Shown piece by piece: positions 20,570-29,044 of a DNA stretch of 64,000 nt. This DNA comes from Thermoproteota archaeon (GTDB taxonomy: Archaea; Korarchaeota; Korarchaeia; Korarchaeales; JAOZGB01). The stretch lies in NCBI GenBank assembly GCA_037917685.1, contig JAVCBU010000006.1, positions 96,001 through 160,000 on the forward strand, in the 5' to 3' direction. Position numbers and translations under genes: made by a program. How positions within the stretch are numbered: position 1 is the first letter of the stretch; the number at the start of each line of letters is the position of its first letter. The notes below the pieces were generated by a model. It was not told where the DNA came from, ran no database searches, and saw only the letters and a program-made list of their open reading frames with translations.

Positions 20570-20730
20570 GGCAATGCACCCATAGGTTTCTCCCACTATC
20601 TTACACGCTCTCTCAATAATAAATTTAACCGTTAAAACTTCGCATTGCCAACTATTTCTATAACTGTTCAAAATCTTTCACATTAAAGTCCGGAGATAAA
20701 GATATATTGGCGTACTATGACATACAGATA

Positions 20731-21141
20731 TTATTTTGAGACTCTTGCTCTAAACACGACATTTGTCCATGTAAAAACAACTCCAGCTAAGCTAAGCATT
20801 ATGATAGAAAGCGAAACTTGCCAGGTCCCATACATCCATGAAGTAGGGAAAGATAGGAGGCTTGTTGACGAATTAAGCATAATGAGTTTTTCAGCCTTCC
20901 TAAAGATTTTGCTGAAATCGCTCTCTGTCAATGCGATCCTCCTAATCAAGATTTCTGAGGCTATAAATATAACGAACGCTATAAAGTACGGTATAATACT
21001 CAAAAGCCCAAACTGGGAACCATCTAAAGGTGGAATGCCCGGATATACTAAGGTTTGATAAAATAGGCATCCGAAAGGAAGCACAATACTCCATGTTACA
21101 ACCATGCATAGCCGTGGAGGAGGTATAATATTCTTACCCAT
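20731..21141 (-). CDS. Hypothetical membrane protein
   Basis: 136 aa with 3-4 hydrophobic segments; fills the intergenic gap. Confidence 0.55.
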   Translation of the reverse strand: MGKNIIPPPRLCMVVTWSIVLPFGCLFYQTLVYPGIPPLDGSQFGLLSIIPYFIAFVIFIASEILIRRIALTESDFSKIFRKAEKLIMLNSSTSLLSFPTSWMYGTWQVSLSIIMLSLAGVVFTWTNVVFRARVSK

Positions 21142-21201
21142 CTGGTCTTTACATTCATAGAAAATTTAAAAGTGTTTAAAGTTAATTAGGCACGATCTCA
21201 C

Positions 21202-21615
21202 TTGGGGGAATATCCAGATAACCTTTATTATACCAGAACACATGAATGGGCTAAAATTGACGGTGATGTAGTCACAGTAGGAATCACATCCTATGCTGCA
21301 GAAGAGCTGGGCGAAGTTACAAGGATAGTCCTACCAGAAGTAGGAAAGAAAGTCCAATCCGGTGAACCCTTCGGGGAAATTGAATCATACAAGTCTTGTA
21401 ACGAGTTATTCTCCCCAGTTTCAGGAGTAATTATTGAGAAGAACATGGATATTGAGGATCCAGACAAGGGAGGAAAGGGTAGACTAGACTTGATATCAGA
21501 AGATCCGTACGGGCGAGGCTGGCTGATAAAGATAAAGGCGACTAATTTATCTGGGGACATAGAAAAATTAATGACCTCGCAGGAATACTCAAAAATGATT
21601 GAACAGGAATCCTAG
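21202..21615 (+). CDS. gcvH: Glycine cleavage system H protein (lipoyl carrier)
   Basis: YTRTHEWA, VGITSYA, ESYK lipoyl-Lys motif, EDPYGRGWL. Confidence 0.93.
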   Translation: MGEYPDNLYYTRTHEWAKIDGDVVTVGITSYAAEELGEVTRIVLPEVGKKVQSGEPFGEIESYKSCNELFSPVSGVIIEKNMDIEDPDKGGKGRLDLISEDPYGRGWLIKIKATNLSGDIEKLMTSQEYSKMIEQES

Positions 21616-21962
21616 CTAGAGCTAAAACTTCGAGCCAACCTATTCCTGAGACTTAGCACATCTTCAATGCTTAAAACCTTAAACTTGGGGAGCTGTATCC
21701 TTAAAAGTACATTATCGCCTATTTTATCAATGTCCTTTACATCTATAGGTATCTCTTTCTCAACGTCCTTTTCTGAATCTAAGCCTACGATTATTAACCC
21801 AACTCTAAAGCTTGGAATGTAAACTTTAATGCTTCTTACTATCCCCACCATCGCCATTCTATTATCAAGGACGACTTTACCACAAAGTTCGCCTGGAAAT
21901 ATAGTTTCTATAAATTCTGTAGCTTTCTCCACAGGGCTTCCTCTTCCCTCCATCACTTCCAC
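21612..21962 (-). CDS. PRC-barrel domain protein
   Basis: LCGKVVLD...VGIVRSI...IPIDVKDIDKIGDNVLL pattern. Confidence 0.7.
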   Translation of the reverse strand: MEVMEGRGSPVEKATEFIETIFPGELCGKVVLDNRMAMVGIVRSIKVYIPSFRVGLIIVGLDSEKDVEKEIPIDVKDIDKIGDNVLLRIQLPKFKVLSIEDVLSLRNRLARSFSSS

Positions 21963-21999
21963 ATCCCACTCCTAATATTTAAGGTTAAACTTTGCTGGT

Positions 22000-22551
22000 T
22001 CATCTCTTACGTGGAGATGTAACCCCAAGATGAATAACCTTAACATCTCCCCTCATTAAATTTGCGATTATTGACACTAAAACCTCTGGAGTCGTCCTTC
22101 GAAGTCCTGATTTGAGTTTAACGATCACGAGTAAATCGCTATTTTCTACGGTAGTTAAAAGTTCGTATCTATCATACATTAAATTTACCCTTCTATTATC
22201 CTCATCTTTGAAGTAATAGTACTTTAACACGACTAGGAATTTAAGCGTAGATTTGGGTTGTGTTCTTATTTTCCCGATCAATCTTAAAGCAACTTGATGC
22301 GTTAAGGGCTTATCTTCATATTCCACCAAATATTCCCTGTAACCTACCACATACGTCTTCTTGTGAGCGGGACTCAGCCTTATAGGATCTTTCATCTGAT
22401 TTAACTGGCATAATACGTTAATGAACCTAGACAGAGCCGCAGCGACGTCCATGTTAGATCTAAGAATGAACTTATCTCCTCTAAGACCTAATCTCTTCAG
22501 TTCTAACAGGTTTAAGTTTTCTAACTCTATCATCAGAATTACACCAATCAC
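22000..22551 (-). CDS. Hypothetical protein
   Basis: 183-aa ORF abutting hef; no motif recognised. Confidence 0.6.
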   Translation of the reverse strand: MIGVILMIELENLNLLELKRLGLRGDKFILRSNMDVAAALSRFINVLCQLNQMKDPIRLSPAHKKTYVVGYREYLVEYEDKPLTHQVALRLIGKIRTQPKSTLKFLVVLKYYYFKDEDNRRVNLMYDRYELLTTVENSDLLVIVKLKSGLRRTTPEVLVSIIANLMRGDVKVIHLGVTSPRKR

Positions 22552-22552
22552 G

Positions 22553-24070
22553 TTATACTAGTTTAAGTTGTATCTTACCCGCCTTTGATGTTTTAAGAAT
22601 TTTCCGCATCCTTTGTTCACGCGTTGATAATATATTTAGGTAAGCTTCTTCTATGCCTGGAGAATAGAAAACTATTACTCTTCCAGGCCTTCTCCTAGCT
22701 GTCCTACCCCTTCTCTGTATACTTCTTATTTCAGAAGGTACTACATCATAAAAAACCACCAGATCGACCTCAGGGATGTCTAAACCTTCCTCACCAACAC
22801 TAGTTGAAACCAGAATGTTGTAGAAGCCGTCTGTGAATTTTCTGAGGACTTCCACCTGTTCAGCCTGGCTCATCCCTTGGAATTCCCCCCTTCTACCTTG
22901 GCCAATAAGTTTAGCGGGTTTACACTTTGGAATTTTAGATAGGGCGTCAACAATGAGTTCCACGGTGTCTCTATAATTTGCAAACACAATGATCTTAGAA
23001 CTTCCATCTTTCACCATGTTTGAAATGATATTAATGAGCATTGATAGTTTAGGATGTAAAACTCCTAATTTCCGAAGATTCTCAGTTACAGATACCGCAT
23101 ATTTCACCCTATTGGATGCCAGTATCAGTTTAGAAGATTTTGTGCTATCCCTTTTAAGTTTTTCAATGTATCTCAAAAACTGTGGTATACCCTGAGTTTC
23201 CAATAGAAGCCTCATATGGTAAAGCTTTACAGCAGTCGAGATTCTGATCGTAGCCACCCCGCTCATATTAAGAGTTCTAGCTTTTCGTTGCAACTCTATA
23301 AGCTTGCTTATTTTAGCATCAGTTGGATCCCCGATTACGCCATACGCTTGTAGATACCTAAGATTATTCTGATATTCGCCTTCTATCATGTTTACTGCTC
23401 TACCGTAGGCTTCGGGGTACTGTACTTTTACATATTCAAACTTTACTGGGGACACGTACGGGGCTACCACCGGATTTTCCCTATCCATCATGATTATGTT
23501 CTTTATCGAAAGATTTGAGCAGATTTCTGATAATTTTTCCTCTTTAGCTCCTGGAGAAGCTGTTAATGCTAGGATCAAAGGGTTTGTTGATGTTCTTTTA
23601 TATACGGAGGCTATTGTAACGTAAGGGTAGTTCCCGACAGCCCTATGAGCCTCATCTATGATAAGCATGGAAAAATCTCTTAGATCTGAGATGCCTGATG
23701 AAAGATCCGACTCTACCGCCTGAGGTGTGCCCACTATTACCTTACATCTATGCCAGATTTCAGCCCGCTCTTCTTTTCTTAACGCCCCGGTAACAGGAGA
23801 TATATCGGATGGGTTAATATTTAATATTCTCCGTAGTTCTGCAACATGCTGGTTTACCAGAGGACGAGTTGGAGCAAGAAAAAGTATTTTCCCCCGTTGT
23901 ACCTTAGAAAGTCTGTAAGCTATGAGCAACGAAGCAATTATAGTTTTACCCATACCTGTAGGTAGTATAACCAACGAGTTTCCTTTCGAAGCCCTCACCA
24001 TTATAACTTCCTGGTATAATCTGGCTTCAATCGTTCTTGGTTTTATCAGGGGGTGCGAAACATAGCTCAT
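22553..24070 (-). CDS. hef: Hef/FANCM-like SF2 helicase (helicase domain only)
   Basis: IEARLYQ, LPTGMGKT, DEAHRAVGNYPY, TASPG, TSVGEEGLDIP, IQRRGRT. Confidence 0.92.
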   Translation of the reverse strand: MSYVSHPLIKPRTIEARLYQEVIMVRASKGNSLVILPTGMGKTIIASLLIAYRLSKVQRGKILFLAPTRPLVNQHVAELRRILNINPSDISPVTGALRKEERAEIWHRCKVIVGTPQAVESDLSSGISDLRDFSMLIIDEAHRAVGNYPYVTIASVYKRTSTNPLILALTASPGAKEEKLSEICSNLSIKNIIMMDRENPVVAPYVSPVKFEYVKVQYPEAYGRAVNMIEGEYQNNLRYLQAYGVIGDPTDAKISKLIELQRKARTLNMSGVATIRISTAVKLYHMRLLLETQGIPQFLRYIEKLKRDSTKSSKLILASNRVKYAVSVTENLRKLGVLHPKLSMLINIISNMVKDGSSKIIVFANYRDTVELIVDALSKIPKCKPAKLIGQGRRGEFQGMSQAEQVEVLRKFTDGFYNILVSTSVGEEGLDIPEVDLVVFYDVVPSEIRSIQRRGRTARRRPGRVIVFYSPGIEEAYLNILSTREQRMRKILKTSKAGKIQLKLV

Positions 24071-24447
24071 AGACCTCTACCAGGTAGAAGTTTTTCGATA
24101 AGCTTGTTAGTTTCAGATAGCACTTTCAGGAGTAGTTCTAGAATTTCAAGATTATCTTTAAGTTCCTCTATGCTTAACTCTGGGAGTACTGTATTTAATT
24201 GTTTAATTTTCTCTTCTAATATGTCTCTAAGCTCTATTAATGCAACTGCTGCTTTAGCCCTACGCTCCTCCTCATCACCCTTGACAAGAATAATCCTTCT
24301 ATTGCATACTACACACCTGACTTCATCGCCTATCCTGAAAAGGGGAACGTAACAGTATGGACATAGATCTGACAGCATTTTCCCTCCTTGCTTAATTGCT
24401 TCGGCCATTAATCGTATCTTATCTCTATTAGCACTAGCCATGTTCAA
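24067..24447 (-). CDS. UPF0148 / autoantigen-p27-like zinc-ribbon protein
   Basis: GGKMLSDLCPYCYVPLF...RCVVC; divergent from UPF0147 as is usual. Confidence 0.85.
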   Translation of the reverse strand: MNMASANRDKIRLMAEAIKQGGKMLSDLCPYCYVPLFRIGDEVRCVVCNRRIILVKGDEEERRAKAAVALIELRDILEEKIKQLNTVLPELSIEELKDNLEILELLLKVLSETNKLIEKLLPGRGL

Positions 24448-24487
24448 AATTTAAATAAGCCCCTGAACTTCTTAAAATAGATGCCCT

Positions 24488-24757
24488 ATGGAAACGGAGG
24501 AGAAATTTAAGGAGGAGCTTGACAGGGCTAGGCAAATATTAATGAAGATAATTAGAGATACTTCGGTTCCTAGAAACATTAGAAGAGCTGCGACCGATGC
24601 ACTAGCTGCCTTAAATGAGGAGAAGAGGACGCCTGGCGTAAGAGCAAGCATTGCGATGTCTTATCTCAACGAGATAATAAACGATATAAACATGCCTTTT
24701 TCGACGAGATCTCAGATTTTAATGTGTATAGGAGTCTTAGAACAGGTTAAGGATTAG
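24488..24757 (+). CDS. UPF0147 family protein
   Basis: DTSVPRNIRRAA, DINMPFSTR. Confidence 0.9.
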   Translation: METEEKFKEELDRARQILMKIIRDTSVPRNIRRAATDALAALNEEKRTPGVRASIAMSYLNEIINDINMPFSTRSQILMCIGVLEQVKD

Positions 24758-25499
24758 GGTTAATGGTTTTTATAAGCAGTCTAATCTTATCTAATGATAG
24801 GACATATAGATCCAGAATGGAAGACGATGGATCTTGAGCCTCATTAACCAAAAACTCTGCAGCGCTTTCCTTATCGACAATAGACGAGAAAACTCTACTA
24901 TATAGTCTCAGATTATCAACTTCACCTATCAGTTTCGCTTTTACCGCTGGTTTAACCTTACCTTTCTTGACGTATTTCTCCAGCAAGTCAGCTAACTTTA
25001 CAGTTCCTTGTTTTATTTGAAACAATAAGTATTGCCATTCCTCAACCAACGATTCTATTTCTGCAGATTCAACTGTTTGGAGGCCCACTCTCACCGACTC
25101 GATTGAACCCCTAAGCTTATCGACAGTCTCTATAATCTGATCATGTAGATTCTTTCCCCGAATCCTTTGACGTTGTATCGCCCTTGTAAGTTGATTTTTT
25201 AACCATGCAATTTGAACTTCATATTCCTTTCTTAGCTCGGCAAGGTTCTTTTTCAACTCCTTAATGTACAAGGGGGAGGCTAGCTTTCTAAATTCTTCGA
25301 ACTTCTCCTTAGAGACACCTAGTTCCCTTGATATTTTCTCCGAGTCTACTTCTAATAACATATCAGAGCAAATGATACCGTTCCTAATGAATACCTCTTT
25401 AACCCGTTCTGGATTGCCCCAGAATGATCTTATCATCTCTTCAAGGTAACTGGATAATCTTGTTCTCTCTTTTTCCATGTTAGACTTCCAATTCAACAA
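24747..25499 (-). CDS. Hypothetical protein with HhH-like N-terminus and coiled coil
   Basis: GII..DMLLEVDSEKISRELGVSKEK followed by heptad-rich helices. Confidence 0.6.
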   Translation of the reverse strand: MLNWKSNMEKERTRLSSYLEEMIRSFWGNPERVKEVFIRNGIICSDMLLEVDSEKISRELGVSKEKFEEFRKLASPLYIKELKKNLAELRKEYEVQIAWLKNQLTRAIQRQRIRGKNLHDQIIETVDKLRGSIESVRVGLQTVESAEIESLVEEWQYLLFQIKQGTVKLADLLEKYVKKGKVKPAVKAKLIGEVDNLRLYSRVFSSIVDKESAAEFLVNEAQDPSSSILDLYVLSLDKIRLLIKTINPNP

Positions 25500-25636
25500 A
25501 GGTTTTCAAATTTAAATAATATTGACCTAACACATCAATACATGCCTAAGTTATACGACGATGTGGGTGCATACTTATACTATTTCAGCGCGCAGGGACT
25601 GGGTACATGGGCACCTAAGAATCTGTGTGTAGAGTA

Positions 25637-25721
25637 TGCGGGGGGTGGGATTCGAACCCACGAACCCCTTAGGGACGAGGTCCTAAGCCTCGCGCCTTTG
25701 ACCAGACTTGGCTACCCCCGC
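25637..25721 (-). tRNA. tRNA-Leu(UAG)
   Basis: GCGGGGG...CGAGG-CT-TAG-GA-CCTCG, long variable arm, GGTTCGAATCC, CCCCCGC-A. Confidence 0.95.
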
Positions 25722-26071
25722 ATCCTAAATGCAACCCAGAAGTTGTATTTTAAAGTTTCGATATATGTGAACATATATGCATCGGTATAGGTTGAGACAA
25801 ACTTTACATAAGGTTATAGAATGATACAATGAAGTTTTGCAAGACAAAATCCATTGAAGTTATAAATTATTTTTAAAAGATTTACGATAGTTTCTTTAAG
25901 ATTAAGTTTATAGTGGGAATCTGGGGGAAATATATGATTTTTGAGGAATTCTGTTGTTACATGTAAACAAAGAATATATATTAAATTCGTTATTCGGTTA
26001 GATGATTTAATATACAACTTAACTGTGTCTACTATATAAGAGAAAATAAAGATGTTTGATGGTGATGTAAA

Positions 26072-26461
26072 ATGTCGAAGAGAAAGAAGAGGCCTATGAA
26101 GGTAGCACCGGAAGACACACGGGTTATAATACCCGGAATTGGTGGGATAACTATTTCTGAATTAGCTGAAAAACTTAAAGAGAGAGGTGTAGGCAGGGGA
26201 TTAGAGGAACAATTCACAAAGAGCTTATTAGAGTCGATACTAAATGCTGGAGGTATGGTTCAAAGATCTCAGCTTATGAAGATGTGGAAAGACATTAAGC
26301 AAAGTTTAGGTGTAAGAAGGCTAGGGGTTTCTTTGAACTCTCTTATTGACACAGGTTTACTTGCACGGGTTAAACTTCCAGGACGAAGACCCTTCTATTC
26401 TGTAACCGAAAAGGCTGTGGAAAAGTTCGGTTTAAAGGTAGATTATCCTGAAAGCACGTAG
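26072..26461 (+). CDS. Basic hypothetical protein with a winged-helix-like C-terminus
   Basis: SLNSLIDTGLLARV....RPFYSVTEKA is typical of a wHTH wing. Confidence 0.6.
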   Translation: MSKRKKRPMKVAPEDTRVIIPGIGGITISELAEKLKERGVGRGLEEQFTKSLLESILNAGGMVQRSQLMKMWKDIKQSLGVRRLGVSLNSLIDTGLLARVKLPGRRPFYSVTEKAVEKFGLKVDYPEST

Positions 26462-27408
26462 GAAACAGCTTTTAGCACGGACCAAAAATCAGTAGAGGTG
26501 GGGATGTATTTTCCCCCTCCCACTTGGGCCACATCCTTACATACAAGGTTACCATATCCATTTTTAGAACCTATGCCAACTACATGGAGCCTCCTAAATT
26601 TTGAAGCCTCTGTACGAGGATCACCTCCAACATTGTAGGCTCCATCTGTTATTAAAACAGCGAACTTCTGAGGCGCCTTTATATATCGAAGCTCTTTTCT
26701 AGCAAGTTTTAAAGCTGAAGCGATGTTGGTGTATCCTCCAGTAGTGCTGTCAAGTATTTTTTCGATGGTTAACTCGGGTGGAATGTTTTTCCATGATGGT
26801 TTAAGGATGTATGGCTCAGTGTCAAATCCTACAATTCCATATTGGCCGGACCTGGCTTTGAAAGCTATTACCGCACATATTACGGATGCAACTGAAATTT
26901 TAAGCCCTGTCATAGAGCCGCTGAGGTCTAGGATAGCTACCACCCCTATTCTCCTTGAGTAGGGCTTTATAAACATGAAGTCGTCTATGCTTAAATTATC
27001 GAATTTGCCACCTTTCTCAAGGAGATTCTCAATCGTTTCTTCAACGTCTAACTCTCCAGGTGGCTGGTCTGCTAGAAATCTTCTGGCACCGCGGCTTATC
27101 CGTGTAAAAGTTTTGGCTCCAAGCTTCACTAGTGATCTAGCCACTATCTTTCTAAGAGTTTCTTTAACACCTTTGGGCAGGAAGAATCTAATATTGCAGT
27201 ATAGCGATACAAGGTCAAGAGGCCTCTTTTCGGCTTCCTGTTTTAATCGTTCAAGTACTTCAGGGTCTTCTAATATTCTTTTAAAGATCACCCTATTCCT
27301 GCTTGATAGTTTTAACATATCTTTAACGTCCATACTCCTTGAAGCGCTTAGAATGTTATCTATACCAATAGCGGGGTACCCTCCCTTTACATTGGTTTCC
27401 ATCGTCAT
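26443..27408 (-). CDS. VWA-domain protein (CoxE-like MoxR partner)
   Basis: GELDVEETIE, MIDAS DLSGS, GYTNI, LITDG. Confidence 0.88.
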   Translation of the reverse strand: MTMETNVKGGYPAIGIDNILSASRSMDVKDMLKLSSRNRVIFKRILEDPEVLERLKQEAEKRPLDLVSLYCNIRFFLPKGVKETLRKIVARSLVKLGAKTFTRISRGARRFLADQPPGELDVEETIENLLEKGGKFDNLSIDDFMFIKPYSRRIGVVAILDLSGSMTGLKISVASVICAVIAFKARSGQYGIVGFDTEPYILKPSWKNIPPELTIEKILDSTTGGYTNIASALKLARKELRYIKAPQKFAVLITDGAYNVGGDPRTEASKFRRLHVVGIGSKNGYGNLVCKDVAQVGGGKYIPTSTDFWSVLKAVSYVLSG

Positions 27409-27425
27409 CGGAGCTTTAGGCTCCT

Positions 27426-28292
27426 CTACCCTTGGAAACCCTGTAAAGTAGATTTAACTATTTCTCTAATAACTTCATCTTCCCTACCATGATATTCATC
27501 AACAACCTCAACTCTTGAAGATAGACTCATTACAGAAGCTTCCACCCACCTTTCTATATCCAAGGGTTTAAACTGACTTGCTATTAGCGCCAAGTCTATA
27601 GCGGATCTAACGGAAGCACCTCTCAAAATCTTAGGGCTATATCTGGTTGCCCTAACAATTCTAACGGATGTTTCAGCTATACTATCATCATTGATGCCTG
27701 ATCTAAGCTTCACTATCTTAACTTCTTCTTCGTAAGGTTGGTAATCCAGCTTTATTAGGAGAAACCTATCACGTAATGCCTCTGAAAGCCTTGTAACCCC
27801 TGTGTGTTCTTCAGGGTTTTGAGTTGCAATAATCCTAAATCTAGGCGCTGATTTAATCTCGCCTAGCTTTGGTATGTATAATATTCCTTCATCCATCACA
27901 GGTAGCAGGACGTTCTGGGTTGATTCAGGTAGCCTGTTGAGTTCATTTATAAAAAGCAACCCTCCTGTTTTCATAGCTCTTACAAGAGGCCCTTCGACGA
28001 AAGCTTCCGGACAGTACCCCTTAGAGAGTACTAGTGGTGGATCCCAGTAGCCTACGATCTTCCGCTCGGTGAGTCGTTCATCACCGTCGATCCTGAAGAG
28101 CCTAAGCCCTAGATGTCTGGCTAGCACTGACGCTAAGAATGTCTTTCCAACGCCGACTGGCCCTTCTAATAGAACATGTTTTCTACATTTTAGCGCTATT
28201 AAGGCCTTCTTCAGCTCCGTATCTCTTCCGACTACTGTGTATTTCTTCTGAATATCAGATATTTCACGAACTAGATCCAGTTCTATCACCAT
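27426..28292 (-). CDS. MoxR-family AAA+ ATPase
   Basis: LLEGPVGVGKT, FINELNR, IATQNP, LSEALRDRF; the real start at 28292 lies just downstream of the tRNA. Confidence 0.92.
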   Translation of the reverse strand: MVIELDLVREISDIQKKYTVVGRDTELKKALIALKCRKHVLLEGPVGVGKTFLASVLARHLGLRLFRIDGDERLTERKIVGYWDPPLVLSKGYCPEAFVEGPLVRAMKTGGLLFINELNRLPESTQNVLLPVMDEGILYIPKLGEIKSAPRFRIIATQNPEEHTGVTRLSEALRDRFLLIKLDYQPYEEEVKIVKLRSGINDDSIAETSVRIVRATRYSPKILRGASVRSAIDLALIASQFKPLDIERWVEASVMSLSSRVEVVDEYHGREDEVIREIVKSTLQGFQG

Positions 28293-28297
28293 AAAAA

Positions 28298-28396
28298 CGC
28301 CGGGGGTGGGATTCGAACCCACGAGCCCCGTATGAGGCACTGGATCTCGAGTCCAGCCCCTTTCTTCGCCGGTGCCTCTGGCTAGGGTACCCCGGC
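28298..28396 (-). tRNA. tRNA-Ser(CGA) with a probable 13-nt D-loop intron (28365..28377)
   Basis: CTGGA-CT-CGA-GA-TCCAG anticodon arm; oversized D-loop; removing AGGCACCGGCGAA restores CCCT-AGCCAGGAA-AGGG. Confidence 0.88.
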
Positions 28397-28473
28397 TAAT
28401 CTAGTTATGATGTTTTTGCTATATATGTTTGTCGCATCACAAGGTACTAGCAGATGGGGAGCTAGGCTTTCTC

Positions 28474-28980
28474 TTAACCTTCCCCGCGGACTTGTGAAAG
28501 TTTGTATGTTCCCTTTTTAACCTTGACTAGGAGACCTCTTTTTACAAGTTCTGAAAGGTAGTTCCCGAGATGTTTAGGACTTATTCCTGTTCTTTCAGCT
28601 ATATCTTTAAACCTAAGCTCCTCTCCCTCTTTAAACACATCAAGTATTTTTTTATCCCGTTCTTTCAGCTGAACTCCAGCTGCCTCTGGAGGATTTACAA
28701 TACCCGTGGACTCCAGCTGTGTAACTCTATCTTCCAATCTCTCGATCCTTTCTTCCACAGATGAAATTTTCTCTGAGAGAGCCTCTATTTTTTGTGAGAT
28801 TGCATCCAACTTATCCATAAAGTTCACACTCAAACCTTCACCACCTAAAAGATCTACCAATTTATCTTCAACTAAAAACCCGAATGCAACATGCTTTATC
28901 ACACCCAGCTCCTCGAGCTTTCTGAATAATTCAGAGGACATAATAGTTGTCTCATAAGTAGTTTCAAGCCAGTCCGACAC
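28474..28980 (-). CDS. Coiled-coil plus C-terminal winged-helix DNA-binding protein
   Basis: Heptads ISQKIEALSEKISSVEERIERLEDRVTQLE; FKDIAERTGISPKHLGNYLSELVKRGLL..KKGTY; GTG start after GGTGA. Confidence 0.8.
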   Translation of the reverse strand: MSDWLETTYETTIMSSELFRKLEELGVIKHVAFGFLVEDKLVDLLGGEGLSVNFMDKLDAISQKIEALSEKISSVEERIERLEDRVTQLESTGIVNPPEAAGVQLKERDKKILDVFKEGEELRFKDIAERTGISPKHLGNYLSELVKRGLLVKVKKGTYKLSQVRGEG

Positions 28981-29044
28981 TAAAGCATCACCAATGCTAG
29001 AGTAAACTTGATAGGTAATAAATTCAATAAAAAGATTAAGCATT

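Noticed and set aside
25722-28297. Integrated mobile element between two tRNAs
   Set aside because: No integrase, transposase or partial tRNA duplication
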